DNA of 64,000 bases. Source: Callorhinchus milii (lineage: Eukaryota). Position numbers and translations under genes: made by a program. Where the stretch lies: contig NW_024704743.1 in the NCBI RefSeq assembly GCF_018977255.1, forward strand, positions 54,872,001 through 54,936,000. The letters run 5' to 3'. This document shows positions 13,027 through 25,002 of this stretch, one piece after another. The notes beneath the pieces were generated by a model, which worked only from the letters and a program-made list of their open reading frames with translations, had not been told where the DNA came from and did not search any database. How positions within the stretch are numbered: position 1 is the stretch's first letter; every line of letters begins with the position of its first letter.

Positions 13027-13136
13027 TTATTGTTGAACCCTGAAACAATAAAAGGTTGTCCAGCTTTGGTCCCATATGTGAATGACTTTCTGGAAAATAA
13101 AGCTTATAGCAAGGAAAGGGTGACTTTGCTCGTAAG
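13027..13136 (+). CDS. SNX13: SNX13 coding exon (LLLNPETIKGCPALVPYVNDFLENKAYS-KGKGDFARK), apparent 1-nt deletion
   Basis: CAG/GTAAGT flanks; 110 nt although both neighbouring exon boundaries are phase 0; GKGDFARK reads only after a frameshift near 13111-13113. Confidence 0.9.
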
Positions 13137-13670
13137 GTAAGTCTGCCATCTGTTGACCAGAGACTGTAGTGCAGTTGTATCAAAAGTTCTTCAATTCATA
13201 AACATGGAAAAAGTATTGTATCATTGTACCAATCCAGTTGTTTAAATAATATAAAGGCAAAGGTTTAGTTTGTACTGCATTAAGTTTTATGTGAAATAAA
13301 AAAATTTTTTTTTCAGTTTAGAATAGTTCCAAGTTATAACCTACCACCGGCATTTAATATTGATGGTTCAGAGTCCTCCTTTGAGGACATTTTTTAATTA
13401 AGTTTGATTTTGTATTTTAAATATTTACACTAATAAAACTTTTGCTTAATAATGGTTTTCACAATGAAAAATGCTGTACGTTTGAGAAATCTACTTTAGT
13501 CTGCAAAAAGTGAAAATGTTTAACATGATTTGTGAATTATTTTTTGGACCAAATAGAATTCAATTGAAAGTAAAAAATAGTTATATAGTTCTCTTCATGT
13601 CGTGCAGGTGTCCCAAGCTGGTGGAATTTATACATTAATGCAACTTTTATACCGAAATAGTTTTAATATA

Positions 13671-14030
13671 GAGTCCCATAGAGTAGTGGTTCCGTGCTTG
13701 CCTCGCACATGAGGTTTGATTCCTGGGCAGGGCGAAACCTTAGGCAAGTTTCCTTACTCCATATGCCTTTGTTTACCTAGCAATAAGTAGGAACTCATTT
13801 ATTAGTCAATTGGCGGATCGCTCTCCGGTAATAAATCCTCACAAAAAACATTTTAGTAACTTAATCCATGACTATTTGTGGGACACTGCTGTGCCCAATT
13901 GGCTGCCGCATTTCACCTGCAAAATATACAGTCAAATCACTTTTACAATATATTCTGTGAAGCGCTTTGGGACATCTCAGTGACGTGAAAAGGCGCTATA
14001 TGACATGCAAAGATTATTTTATTATTATAT
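13671..14030 (+). mobile_element. tRNA-derived SINE, long subfamily, diverged
   Basis: GGCAGGGCGAAACCTTAGGCAAGTTTCCTTACTCC plus extra GTTTACCTAGCA...GGATCGCT block and TAT tail. Confidence 0.85.
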
Positions 14031-14395
14031 AACTTCGTCCCTCCCATCTCCTGGCAGAAACTTTTATGTAATCTACTTGTTTCCTAAAACCTACCTCAAA
14101 AGATATTGATCCATTCCCACATCTTTTCATTTCAATCCTCCCCTAACAATACAGAAAACTGTTGCTTTTCTTTGAACTTTCTCTAGTACTTTAATATCTG
14201 AAGACAGGAGGGTTGGTATTCTCAAAGAATGAGAGCAAATGAACCAAAAGGTTGTCTTTTTCTTTTACGATCTTCTGCATCTATTCTTTTGGATGGGGGT
14301 AGTGTCCCAATGCTCGTGAACGCTACCCTGTGTGAAAGGTGCTATATAAATGTAAGTTGGCTTTGTTGTATTCTGCAACTTATTTGTGTTTCCAG

Positions 14396-14557
14396 ATGGA
14401 TACCCTTGTGAATCCGCTTCGTAACTCGATGAGAAACGTTTCAAATGCCGTTAAGTCTTTTCCAGACAGCCTGGCAGAAGGAATGACAAAAGTGTCAGAC
14501 AACATGGGGAAAATGTCTGATAAACTGGGACATGAACTCAAGCACAGCATTTTAAAG
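14396..14557 (+). CDS. SNX13: SNX13 coding exon (MDTLVNPLRNSMRNVSNAVK...HSILK)
   Basis: CAG/GTATCA flanks, 162 nt; lies within ORF 14339..14572. Confidence 0.96.
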
Positions 14558-14700
14558 GTATCAGTTTGTTAACTTTCCTATGTTGTTAACACTAGGTGTG
14601 TTGGAGAAGTAGGCATTTCCAAATTTTCGACATGTATTACTTTTCTGAAATTGAGTACTGAATCAAGCAGTACTGAATTACATCTTTAACTTTATTGCAG

Positions 14701-14766
14701 GTTCCACCATTGAAGCCAGAAGAAGATTTTGAACATATTCGTGTTTCTGTCCTGCTGGATGACAAT
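14701..14766 (+). CDS. SNX13: SNX13 coding exon (VPPLKPEEDFEHIRVSVLLDDN)
   Basis: GCAG/GTGAG flanks, 66 nt; corresponds to human VPPLIPKTDSDPEHRRVSAQLDDN. Confidence 0.93.
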
Positions 14767-15721
14767 GTGAGCTTTTTTAAAAAAACAATGAATGCTTAAT
14801 GTTGAAAGTAAATAGATTTTTTATGTTTTATAAAAAGGTTTAAGAGATTTAGGAAGAACTTGCATTTTTGTCACAAAAGCTAATTCTAAATAATCAATTG
14901 TAAACGTCTCAAAGCATTTCACAAGTAATTACTGTTGCTTTTAGTGACAGGTATGAGTTTAATGACTTCATGGCTTCACGACACTTCATATGCATATTTT
15001 AAGCACTGCGCTGAAGTGTTGAGTTAGACCCACAGCATGAAATGCCTGAGAGAATTGCTATCATCTTCCTGCTCCAGCTCGGACACACATCCCTCCCCAT
15101 TGAGTGATTGTTCCACTAGTTGGAGAGGTGTGGAGTTTAAGCAGCAGCTGCTTACTTCTCCGCAGGCCAATCGAGGTGGATTCCAGGTGCTGGATATTTG
15201 AATCATGTTCACAAACTCCAGGTAACACCTTCCAGCAGCTTTGACCCAAGCCTCAGAGTTTCCTCATCAGATATCTGGCTGACATCTGCCTTCAGCATGA
15301 TGGTAGGATCTTTACAGAACAGTTTGTGACCTGCCAGCCACCTTGATGTTCTCGAGGTAGAAGTCCATGCCATGTACCACGTTTACTCAGCACCAGTTGC
15401 TTAATTCAGATCCTCACTTGAGGGGCCTTGGCAAATAATCGTGCCCGCTGTGACGTCGACTCCCCTCCAGAGTGTGTAGCGACATATCAGTGTAGGCCAG
15501 AGCAGCCACTTCCCGTATTTGCCACAATCCACCTCGCTGCTTGATCCTGGACTTCGCAAATGGGTCAGAGGAAGTCTGTCCACTGCCTCTCAGGAGCTCA
15601 GAACTATGAAGGCTACATTTCAGACTTGCTGACTCTATCTGAATATATGGAATTCATAAGTACAAATGCAAAGGGTCTGCATTGAGCATCTTAGAGAATA
15701 AACTTTCTTTTTCTTATACAG

Positions 15722-15867
15722 GTTGATGATAATATTCCTCTCAAAGTTATGCTCCTCCTAATGGATGAAGTGTTTGATTTGAAAGAAAGAAACCACTGGT
15801 TGAGAAGGAACATCAAAAATTTGCTTCAGCAGCTTATCCGAGCCACCTATGGAGATACAATCAACAG
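15722..15867 (+). CDS. SNX13: SNX13 coding exon, PXC domain (VDDNIPLKVMLLLMDEVFDLKERN...TYGDTINR)
   Basis: CAG/GTTTGT flanks, 146 nt, near-identical to recalled human sequence. Confidence 0.96.
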
Positions 15868-16453
15868 GTTTGTCAAAAACAGTGGAAAAATTGGTAGATT
15901 GCTGCTGTTTTTGAAATTGTATTGATTTGTTGTGTATCATGCACTGAATTGATTTTTGGGAAAACCGCTTTTTTTTGGTCAGCTGGGTGTCTGATGCATG
16001 CAGAAAACCATCACCATGCTAAGAGTATACAAACCAGATGGAGAATTCCACATAGTTATGCCACTTACATGTGGAAGTTCCTGTATCTGGAGTAGAAATG
16101 TGCAATGTATCTCTGGAGGGATGAACCCCGCTCACCTAATTCCAGAGAGTATTAGGAGTAGCTGCAGGGATATCAGGAGCAAAATGGGAATAATTACTGC
16201 CCCCGGTGAGCATCCAAATCCTATTGATCCCAGGCTGGCAGGTCTGCCATCAGCAGTGTCTTAGTGTACTGACAAACCTCCTAGTTCAAGAGAGTGCACT
16301 ACTGAGATCGCCACAGTGGGTTGATAATCATGAAGACAAACAACTGTTTAAGCGACTCAGACTGCTGAGAAGCATCTTTTGAAATAACTTAAAAACTTGA
16401 ATACTGAATGAAAACAGCTGGTTTATTTCGAATTCAATTTTTTTTGTTTCCAG

Positions 16454-16522
16454 AAAAATTGTAGACCATGTTGATTGGATGACTTCCCCAGAGCAAGTGG
16501 CAGAAACTGTGAAACGGTTCAG
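16454..16522 (+). CDS. SNX13: SNX13 coding exon (KIVDHVDWMTSPEQVAETVKRFR)
   Basis: CAG/GTAAAC flanks, 69 nt. Confidence 0.96.
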
Positions 16523-16604
16523 GTAAACGCAATGCACGCTTAATTTACTTTTATCTTGTTCTCTTCATTTTTTTTCAAAAAATGAAATTTGTTTTCGTCC
16601 GCAG

Positions 16605-16717
16605 AGATTCATTTTGGCCCAATAGTATCTTAGCAGAGACTCCACCACTCAGGGAAAAGGAGATACGAATGAGGACAAGAGTTGCTGCTAAGACAAAGAT
16701 GCTGGTAATTATGCCAG
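16605..16717 (+). CDS. SNX13: SNX13 coding exon (DSFWPNSILAETPPLREKEIRMRTRVAAKTKMLVIMP)
   Basis: GCAG/GTGAG flanks, 113 nt, follows an 82-nt intron. Confidence 0.96.
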
Positions 16718-17943
16718 GTGAGGGAGATTTATAGTTCACTTTTTTTTAATATATATATACATATATATATCTCCAGTTCCTAAGTGTTGAACGCTGAGAT
16801 AATCTGGAGTTGCAGAGTGCATACAATTCCTATCACGAGAACACAAATACCGCTACCAGTAAGAGAATTGATTTTGTAACAATTTCTTATTCTTCCTCCT
16901 TTCCTCTTAAATGAAGATTTATTTTTCAAATGTAAGCAGGAGATGATTTATTCTTATTAAAGGTAGACATTCTTCAAATGAAGTTTGTATTCTGTAATCT
17001 ATGAACAACCAGAAACGTATTCTGATTTATTGACAGTAAGATGATCCTCGTGCATTATTAGTTTAAAAAAAAGCATATTTGAATAGGAATAGGCTATTTG
17101 GGAAATCAAACTCACACTTCCATATTTCTTGTACAAATCTACCTATTATGGACTCTAACTCATGTGTTCAATTCCCTGAAGGATGGTTCCTACCAAAGAT
17201 CTTCATGATCCTCAATAATCAAATAAAACCGAGGATATCCTATCTAGATATCCATCCATTCACATGTCCATTATTGAATACTAACTCTTTCCACAATAGC
17301 ATTTGCTTGGCAATAGCAACAGATATCAATGTTTATGTTACCTTTATTTTTAGCAGTCTTTTTGACTAAAAAATGCTGACTTCCAGGTCATAAGATCGCT
17401 TCATCAAGGTCGTCACTTTCTGTGTGTTGCACATGCATGCCGTGTGCAGGCAGCGCAGCTAACATCCCTCTTTGGTTTGTGAAAGGGTGAAGACTCATAC
17501 ATAATACTAATCTTTGCATTTGATACAGCACCTTATCACATTGTTGGGACATCTCAAATCACTTCACAGAAAATACAGTTAAGTATATTTTATGGGCAAA
17601 ACGCAGCAGCCAGTGTTCCACAAGCAATTGACGGATTTAAGTTTTTTTTTCAAGATTGTGGATTACATTATCAGAAGAATGGATATTTAATCTATATGGC
17701 TAATTCAGTATATGTTTATTTCTTTATACTTTTTGAATAAAAGACAAGGGATGTTTGTGGTAGAAATATTTTACCTTGAGCAGTATTAATATCAGAAGTT
17801 TCCATATTGGATGTGGCACAACTTGATGTAGACACAAACTGCCTCAGATTTTAGCTGTCACATTAAGTATATTTGATTTGTTTTTAACCTTAACGTTGTG
17901 AAGTTTCCTCGAAATGAGCTGTGACCTAATGTTTCTTTTGCAG

Positions 17944-18191
17944 ATGAGCTAAAACATATTATTGGAGCTGAAACTGCACGGAAGGGCATTCTGCGAGTCT
18001 TTGAAATGTTCCAGCACAACCAGTTAAACCGTAGGCTGGTCCACGTCTTTCTAGAGGGCTTCCTGGAAACGCTTTTTCCTCAGTACAAATTTCACGAGCT
18101 CTTCATCAAATTGCATTCTCGATCTGAGCGGATACAAAAATACAAGCAAAAATTCCCGTCTGCTCAAGTTCCTTCTTCTCAAAAGAGGTGA
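17944..18191 (+). CDS. SNX13: SNX13 terminal coding exon (DELKHIIGAETARKG...SSQKR*)
   Basis: CAG acceptor, TGA at 18189-18191; C-terminus QKR* as in human. Confidence 0.97.
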
Positions 18192-19906
18192 CGCTTCCAA
18201 ACCTGAAAACTCTGCCCTTTGGACATTGTCTTGTGTACCTGCCCTATGACCAATCTATGTTGCAACAGTTTCTCTGGGGCTCTGATACACGCACAGCTCT
18301 GATTACAATGCGATCCTCTTTGTGCCAGCATCTAAAGCCACACCTCAGTGGCTTACTTCAGAAGATATTGTGTGATTCTGCTGTTCTTGATTTCAAAATG
18401 CACTTTTTTCTCATAATATCCCTGTATACCGGAACTGGTTTACATTTGTTATTACATTTGTTCAAAACTCACCATTGAGAAAGGTGTATCCATTTTTCAT
18501 AGATGTGTCCATTTGCAGATGTTTGAAAGATGCTTCTTTTCAGTTGTTCCCTTGTAGCTTGCTGGCATTGAAAGTGGAGATTCAGTCCCTGAGCCAGTTA
18601 ATGGGAGTAGCAGCATTGCTTTATAAGGATAGAGCAAAGCACAATTATAATTTTGTATTTGATTGATATTAATGTTCTGAAGTTGAAAAATATCCTGCAC
18701 AATTTAAATGTACGTGCAAGTTTGAGAGAATGTGATGGTAATAGAAATTGGTTTTAAAAAGAAAGCATTATAAGAGTTTGGAAATGAAAGGCCCCAGAGA
18801 GTATGGATGAACATTCCTGGTGGCAGGAATACTTTTCTAGGGTTTTAGGTTAATTGGATATGATCTGATTTCACTGGAAAGTCATTGCTTAATCTGAGAA
18901 CCACAAGCTGGGTTGATTTGTACCCCACTGTTGCACTCCCGGGAACAGAACTGAATGGAGAAGAATGTTCTTTTGCATTCATTTGTGTTTGATCCATTAT
19001 TTAAGGAGATACTGAGCCGTGTGTTTTCATACAACTATAAAGTCTTCAGAGATGATTGTAGCTTTTATTGTACAGAGATTTTAATTCTAATTCAGAGTTG
19101 GGTGTGTCAAAAGTACAAATATGTGCTCTGATTAGTCTTGGAAAAGAATTGATCAATATAGCATTGTCGCTCTAGCAAATCTAATTGAGTAGCCTTAAAT
19201 GCTCTGTTTAAAAATACAGTTTACTTACTTTAATCTGTTGAGACTCTCTCTTGCTGCTGGTTCTCACTAATGTACTGGTAAATATTGCCACAGAAATAAA
19301 GTGCCGATTTCTACAGTCGTCAAAAAAAATGATCTGTAATGGCATTATATATACTATGAAATTTTGTTTCTGGCAAAGATCTTTGACAGCTAATTTAATG
19401 AGGCCCCAACCACCTAGTTTATACTGAAATTTTAATTTTGTGCAATATTTCTTTAGCATACGTGCATTTAAATAGATTGTATAATGAAATATTTTAATGT
19501 TTTGAAATGTATGTTTAACATTCTTATTAACCCAACAACTTGCATTCTGTTGTTGATGCATTGGTTTATTTAAGGACTTGTTTTAAAAGTCTTGTTAGTC
19601 ACTCCTTGTAAGACTCACTTGTCACGGATGAGGTTTCCTCATCCGAGCACGGCTTGTAAACTACAGGGGAAATCGAAGAAAGCACATGGTAAATACCTGT
19701 TAATGAATTTGTGCATATCATTGTACAGTGTCAACAGTGTGCCTAATTGTACTGTCAATTTTGTTTCTTATTCTGTAATGAAAGAACAAATGTAAATCAG
19801 AATGTTATGGTGGTTTTTAATAGACTGAAGAAGAAAAAAACAATTTTTGAGTTTGCATTATGCTATTAAAATGTTCAGTAGAACAGATGACAAAAATATC
19901 ACACTA

Positions 19907-19912
19907 AATAAA
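19907..19912 (+). promoter_or_regulatory. Candidate SNX13 polyadenylation signal (3' UTR about 1.7 kb)
   Basis: AATAAA followed by a T-rich tract near 19931-19948; repeat-free UTR-like sequence ends shortly after. Another AATAAA at 19295. Confidence 0.5.
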
Positions 19913-22509
19913 GTATTAACTGAAATCTCGCTTTTACTTGTATTTTTCATACAATTTTAATTATGATGCCCAGACCAATGTGAAATTAAGCTATTGAATC
20001 TTCAACAACTGGAAACACAAAAAAAGGCCTCAGTTTTAATAGGTTTGAAATTGTTAGGCAGCAGCAGTGAATCTATTGGGTTATTCCTCCTGGAAGTTTG
20101 CCCAATGCAGCTACATATAATGGTAATCCTTATATTTGATATAGCGGCTTATCACGTTATCGATGTGTCCCAAAGCACTTCACAGGATATTCTGTAAAGC
20201 CGGTGCGACTCTGTATTTTCTGAGCAAACATGGCAGCCAATTTTCGCACAGCAATATGCCACAAACGGTCATGAATGAATGACCAATTTAATTTTGGAGA
20301 TTGTGGGCCAGAAGACTTAAAAAAATGGAAGGATATCATACATTATGAAATCATACAATATTAAATGTAATATTGCTCTGATGACTGCAAGTGTCTGTCT
20401 GGCATTTCTGAGCAACTCTTTCTCCCTCGACCCCAATGTTTTCAAAATGGTTAGGCCTGAAGCTAGCCACAGTGGCTATTGAAGCGATCCCCAGCAACTA
20501 TATGAAACAGCCCCCCCTGTAGGTTATGACATTTCAAATTGAGTTAAGCCAATGTCCTGCAAGTTGGCACTGAAATATTGCACTGAAGCCAGTGAGGCAA
20601 CAAGTTCAATGGATTCTGTGGGCTGCCTTTTAATAACCATGGACGACTAGAAAATGTGGATCCAGAATTTGTTCATCAGCAGTAACTTGCTGAAGAAGCA
20701 AATAGTTGTAACCAACTTCATTTCACAGTAGTTAAATATGCTGCAAAAATTCAGATTCTGCTTTCTGTTTAGTCCAGGTGTTTCTTGTCAACATAAAAGT
20801 AAATATTCAAAAGTAGCGAGTACTTATCTGATTACATCTGTCATTTGAGAGATATTCGTAAAATAATACTGATTGAATATAATTACAATGCTGAGATTTT
20901 AAGAGGCACTAAATATGTGTAAACTATTCCAAATTATTTTAGTTGGGTGGCGTGACATATTGATGTGTATTGAATGGTCAAATATCTTTGCTCCCACCGG
21001 ATTTAGCTGTGACAGCTTTTTGTGATGGAATGCAATTGGCAGTGAAATTTCATTTACACAGGGTCTCATCGTGACTGAGGCATTTAACCCTAGACCATTA
21101 CATGGACTTTTCCCACAGATCTCTCTCTGACCTAACTATGGTGTCCCTGTTGCATCAGCTCTGACTGCATTAGTGACAGCCATTTGTGTGAAATCAATCA
21201 CTTGTTTTAATCTGCAATTTAATTAGATTAGGAGAAATCTGAACTGTTGGTGACATTCACTGCACAAAGTTTTCTGGCATTTTCTTAATGATTTATCAGG
21301 GAAAAAGAATACTTTTTTTTGGAAGGAAGAAGATTTAACTTTTTGGAAGAACATATTGCCGAGTGTAATGAGTGTGCAGCAGCACTCTGCTGTGCCATTG
21401 AAATTCTCTCATCTTACTGCAAGATGATGTGTTTGCTGAGCCATGTCTGTCCTACATGAAAACCCTGTTTTGTAATCCATAGTGATTTCCATGCCTAACA
21501 AAAAAGAATGCCTTGAGAATTTATGGCCTCCTCCAGCCTTCAACTATTTCTTTAGTGTGGAGTTTACAATAGTCTAATACCAAATAAGCTGTTCTTTTTC
21601 CCCTCTGCTTCTGAGAACTTCCTTCACACAAAAGCCAATTCAACTATTTATGAAGTCTGGTAGTGCCAGCTTTACATTTCGATTAAAACTGTTCAGTGTA
21701 TCATTTACATCTGTCAGACTAATTCTCCCACACGATTAGCTGCTTCTTGCTCTGTTGTGCCCTGCTGCTGTACGTTTGACATACTGAATTTACAGACAAC
21801 TGCTTGATTTGATCAAAGGGAAAACTTTCCTTTAGAAACATGTTTAGTAATGGCAGGTCTAGCAACATGTGTTAACTAACAAATTTAGCTTTCAATGTTG
21901 TACACCCAAAAAATTAAACAGACATTCATTTATATGTTATCATGAGTTAAATCATGATTTAATAATGAATGGGCGGGTTGTCAAATCATGAAGCACCTTA
22001 TACAGTTATCAGCAATGTGGGTGTGAGGGAGTTACAACCCTGGCTTGCAATTTTTTAATTGCATCATATTTTAACTGATCATTCTACAAACTGGTATGTA
22101 TATCAAACTGTATATCTAACATGTTTTTAAATATATTTTGACACTATAAATATACTCAGCACATCAGATACAGGTAACCTATACACATATAGATTGTAAT
22201 CAGTCCCTACTATACCTATAAAGTAAGACTTGAACAGTATAACTACATGGAAAAAGCACTTGGCATAAATTGACCCCAAGATTTCTTTTAAGCCCAGGTA
22301 TAATATACAGTGGTTTTCTGCAGAAAACTTTAAATCACGTATACGTTTTCCAGTGATTATGCCACTCAAGAACTTTTTCCAATCCCAATATAATGATTGG
22401 AAATAATGGAAGATAGGTAACTGGTAACTGCTCACCCAAAATTAATATGCATTTGTATAGCGCTCTTCACAAGATTGGTGTGCATGAAGAAATCCCGGTG
22501 GCCCATCCA

Positions 22510-23180
22510 ATAACAACAAATTACATTTATATTGCACCTTTCACGTCACGAGGTCATCCCAGACTGCTGTATAGTGAAGGGTTTGCACCTGACCTGGGAG
22601 TTGGAATCGAGAGGAGTGGGAGGATCACTAAAGGGATGATCAAAGAGGAAGGTCTTGAGACAGGCTTTGAAGGAGGCGAGGGAGAGGGAAAGCCAAAGGG
22701 ACGCTGGGGTGGAGTTCCAGAGGGTGGGGCATAAATGCTGAAGGCCTGACTTCCACATTCATGTCCCCCTGACAGCGAACAGGGCGAGGGACATCGAGCA
22801 GGCGCCTCAGTGTCTGCCGAGTGGGCAGGTTAGTAAGGTTTTAGTAGGTCACAGGTATGGACAGTCAAGATCATGAAGAGTTTTAAAAGTGAGAACGAGA
22901 GTTTTAAACATGATCCTCTGGGGCAAGGATGGGGAGCCAGTGGAGCAAGGTGAAGATGGGGGTGATAAGCTCAACTATAACAATAACAACTTGCATTTGT
23001 ATAGCATCTCACACACGGTAGGGATCCAGAGCACTTGACAGTGGCGGACACGACGCCGAGAAGAGGGGAGCTGACCGTAAACACGATCGAAGAGGAAGGT
23101 CTTCATGCATGACCTGAAGATGGGGAAGGAGGGTCGAGGCAGAAGCATTTAGGGAGAGTGTTCCAAAGTTTCAGAACGCA
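22510..23180 (-). mobile_element. Cluster of L2 LINE 3' fragments
   Basis: ORF 22546..22758 PTLWNSTPASLWLSLSLASFKACLKTFLF; (ACA)n tails near 22511 and 22980. Confidence 0.75.
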
Positions 23181-23184
23181 ATGG

Positions 23185-23556
23185 ATGAAAGCACACATGG
23201 AGTTTGATGCAGGAAAGGAGCCATCCAATCTCATCCCTCCACAACACCCAGCCCCCATCACTGCATTAAGCTGCTTTTTATATAATATAGAGTCCTGCGC
23301 TCTATCTCCTTTCCTCACACCTGTTCCAGTTAATGAATATCTTCTGTTTAAAGAAAAATAAATTCTCGTGAAATTGCCCATTACAAGATGAATCCTAAAT
23401 TATTGTTCTGGGATAACTTTTTCAATCCCATTTGAAATGTTATATACCTCCTATGAGGTCCCCCGTGAGATGTCTTCTCTCAAGATTGAAGAGCCTTAAC
23501 TTGTCTAATCGTTGGTCATAGGCTAGCTCATTCCTCTAACACTTGGGATCATCCTT
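23185..23556 (-). mobile_element. CR1 LINE 3' fragment, degenerate
   Basis: Reverse strand reads DKLRLFNLEKRHLTGDLIEVY, a CR1 ORF2-end motif. Confidence 0.6.
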
Positions 23557-23744
23557 GATGTGAGGTCACTCATTCCATGGCTGTTTGTAGGACACTGCTG
23601 TACGCAATTGACTGCCGCAGTTTGCCCAGAAATCCAATTTACAGTATATTCTGTAAAACGCTTTGAGATGTCTCGGTAATGTGATAAGGCACTATATCAA
23701 ATGTAAGGAATATTATTATTATCTCCTCTGGGCCTTGTGTATAT

Positions 23745-24109
23745 AATAATAATCTTTGCATTTGATGCAGCACCTTATCACGAGATGTCCCAAAGCGCTT
23801 CACAGAATATACTCTAAAGTGAATTGACTGTATTTTGTGGACGAAATGCGGCAGCCAATTGCATACAGCAGTGTCCCACAAACAATCGTGGATTGAAGTG
23901 CCCAATTTATTCTTATTTTTTTTTTGAAGGAATTATTACCCCAGGAAAAGCAATCCGCCAATCGACTAACAACCAGATTCCTACTTACTACTAGGTAAAG
24001 AGAGTCGTGTGGAGTAAGGAAAGTTGCCCAACATTTCGCCCTGCTGGGAATTGAATCCAGGTTTCTCGCTTGTGAGGCGAGTACTCTAACCACTGAGCTA
24101 CAGGACTCC
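23745..24109 (-). mobile_element. tRNA-derived SINE, long subfamily
   Basis: Ends CTGAGCTACAGGACTCC; tail-to-tail with a + strand partial copy at about 23570-23722. Confidence 0.88.
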
Positions 24110-24805
24110 ACACTACAGGATTGCTGGACAGTCCACCACATAACATAATTTGATTGGTGAGTCGGTGCTAAGTTTGAGTTAGTCAATCTCAGCCAAGGTG
24201 GCCTTGGAAATGAAGATTGGGTCATGGAAAAGAAGGAGATGGGTGCACTTGTTCTCTGTCTTCCCTCCCATGGTTGGGAAGAGAGGGAGAAACTTTGTCT
24301 TAGGTTCCTGTTCTCTTGGTTATTGAACATATTGATATTGATATTCACCAATCAAATATGTTCAAGTGTGTTAATTGAGCAAGTGCCCACAAGCATTTAG
24401 CTAAGGATATAGGAAACCAAAGTAAGCTAACAGCATTAATTTAAATATTAATGTTGTGAGCTTACAATCTTTTATTTTTATTATGTTGAGTTGCCAATGG
24501 TTCTTTTATTTAAAACAATCTATTGCACAATCGTTTTTTAAGTGCAAAACCAATCCTCAGTAACAGTTTACAATGTACAGGTTGCTGGAAGCTCAAGTGT
24601 GTTAATTGAGTAAGTGCACCCAATATTTTTGGTTCTCAGCTAACCAGGAGGTGCAATAACCCCAGTTTTGATCATATCGAAATGGCATATCTGACTGCAT
24701 TTTCCTCTTTTTTTACTTATAAAGGTAAACTTTTTATTTATTTAGTGGTCGCTTGGAGGTTAGTGGTGGAGCAGCATCCCAATTGCTTTGCGCTACCCCA
24801 CGTGA

Positions 24806-25002
24806 ATAATAATCCTTCCATTTGATATAGCACTTTTCACGTCTTCTAGATGTCCCAAAGCGCTTCAAAGAAAATACTGTAAAGTGAATTGACTGTATAT
24901 TTGTGGGTGAACTCAGCAGCCAATTGCGCACAGCAGTGTCCCACAAACAGTCGTGGATTGAAGTGACCAATTTATTATTGTTTTTGTTTTGGAAGGATTA
25001 TT
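24806..25002 (-). mobile_element. 5'-truncated tRNA-derived SINE
   Basis: Matches the 3' half of the 8032-8350 copy. Confidence 0.85.

Noticed and set aside
15256..15272. Minus-strand CTGATGAGGAAAC resembling a hammerhead core
   Set aside because: No stem II between the boxes and no supporting stems; likely chance
20948..20955. TGGCGTGA AhR response element
   Set aside because: A single short motif expected by chance; no clustering
23800..24351. 183-aa ORF and the recurring ORFs such as MGKFPYST... and CKDYYYY
   Set aside because: Chance translations of SINE sequence
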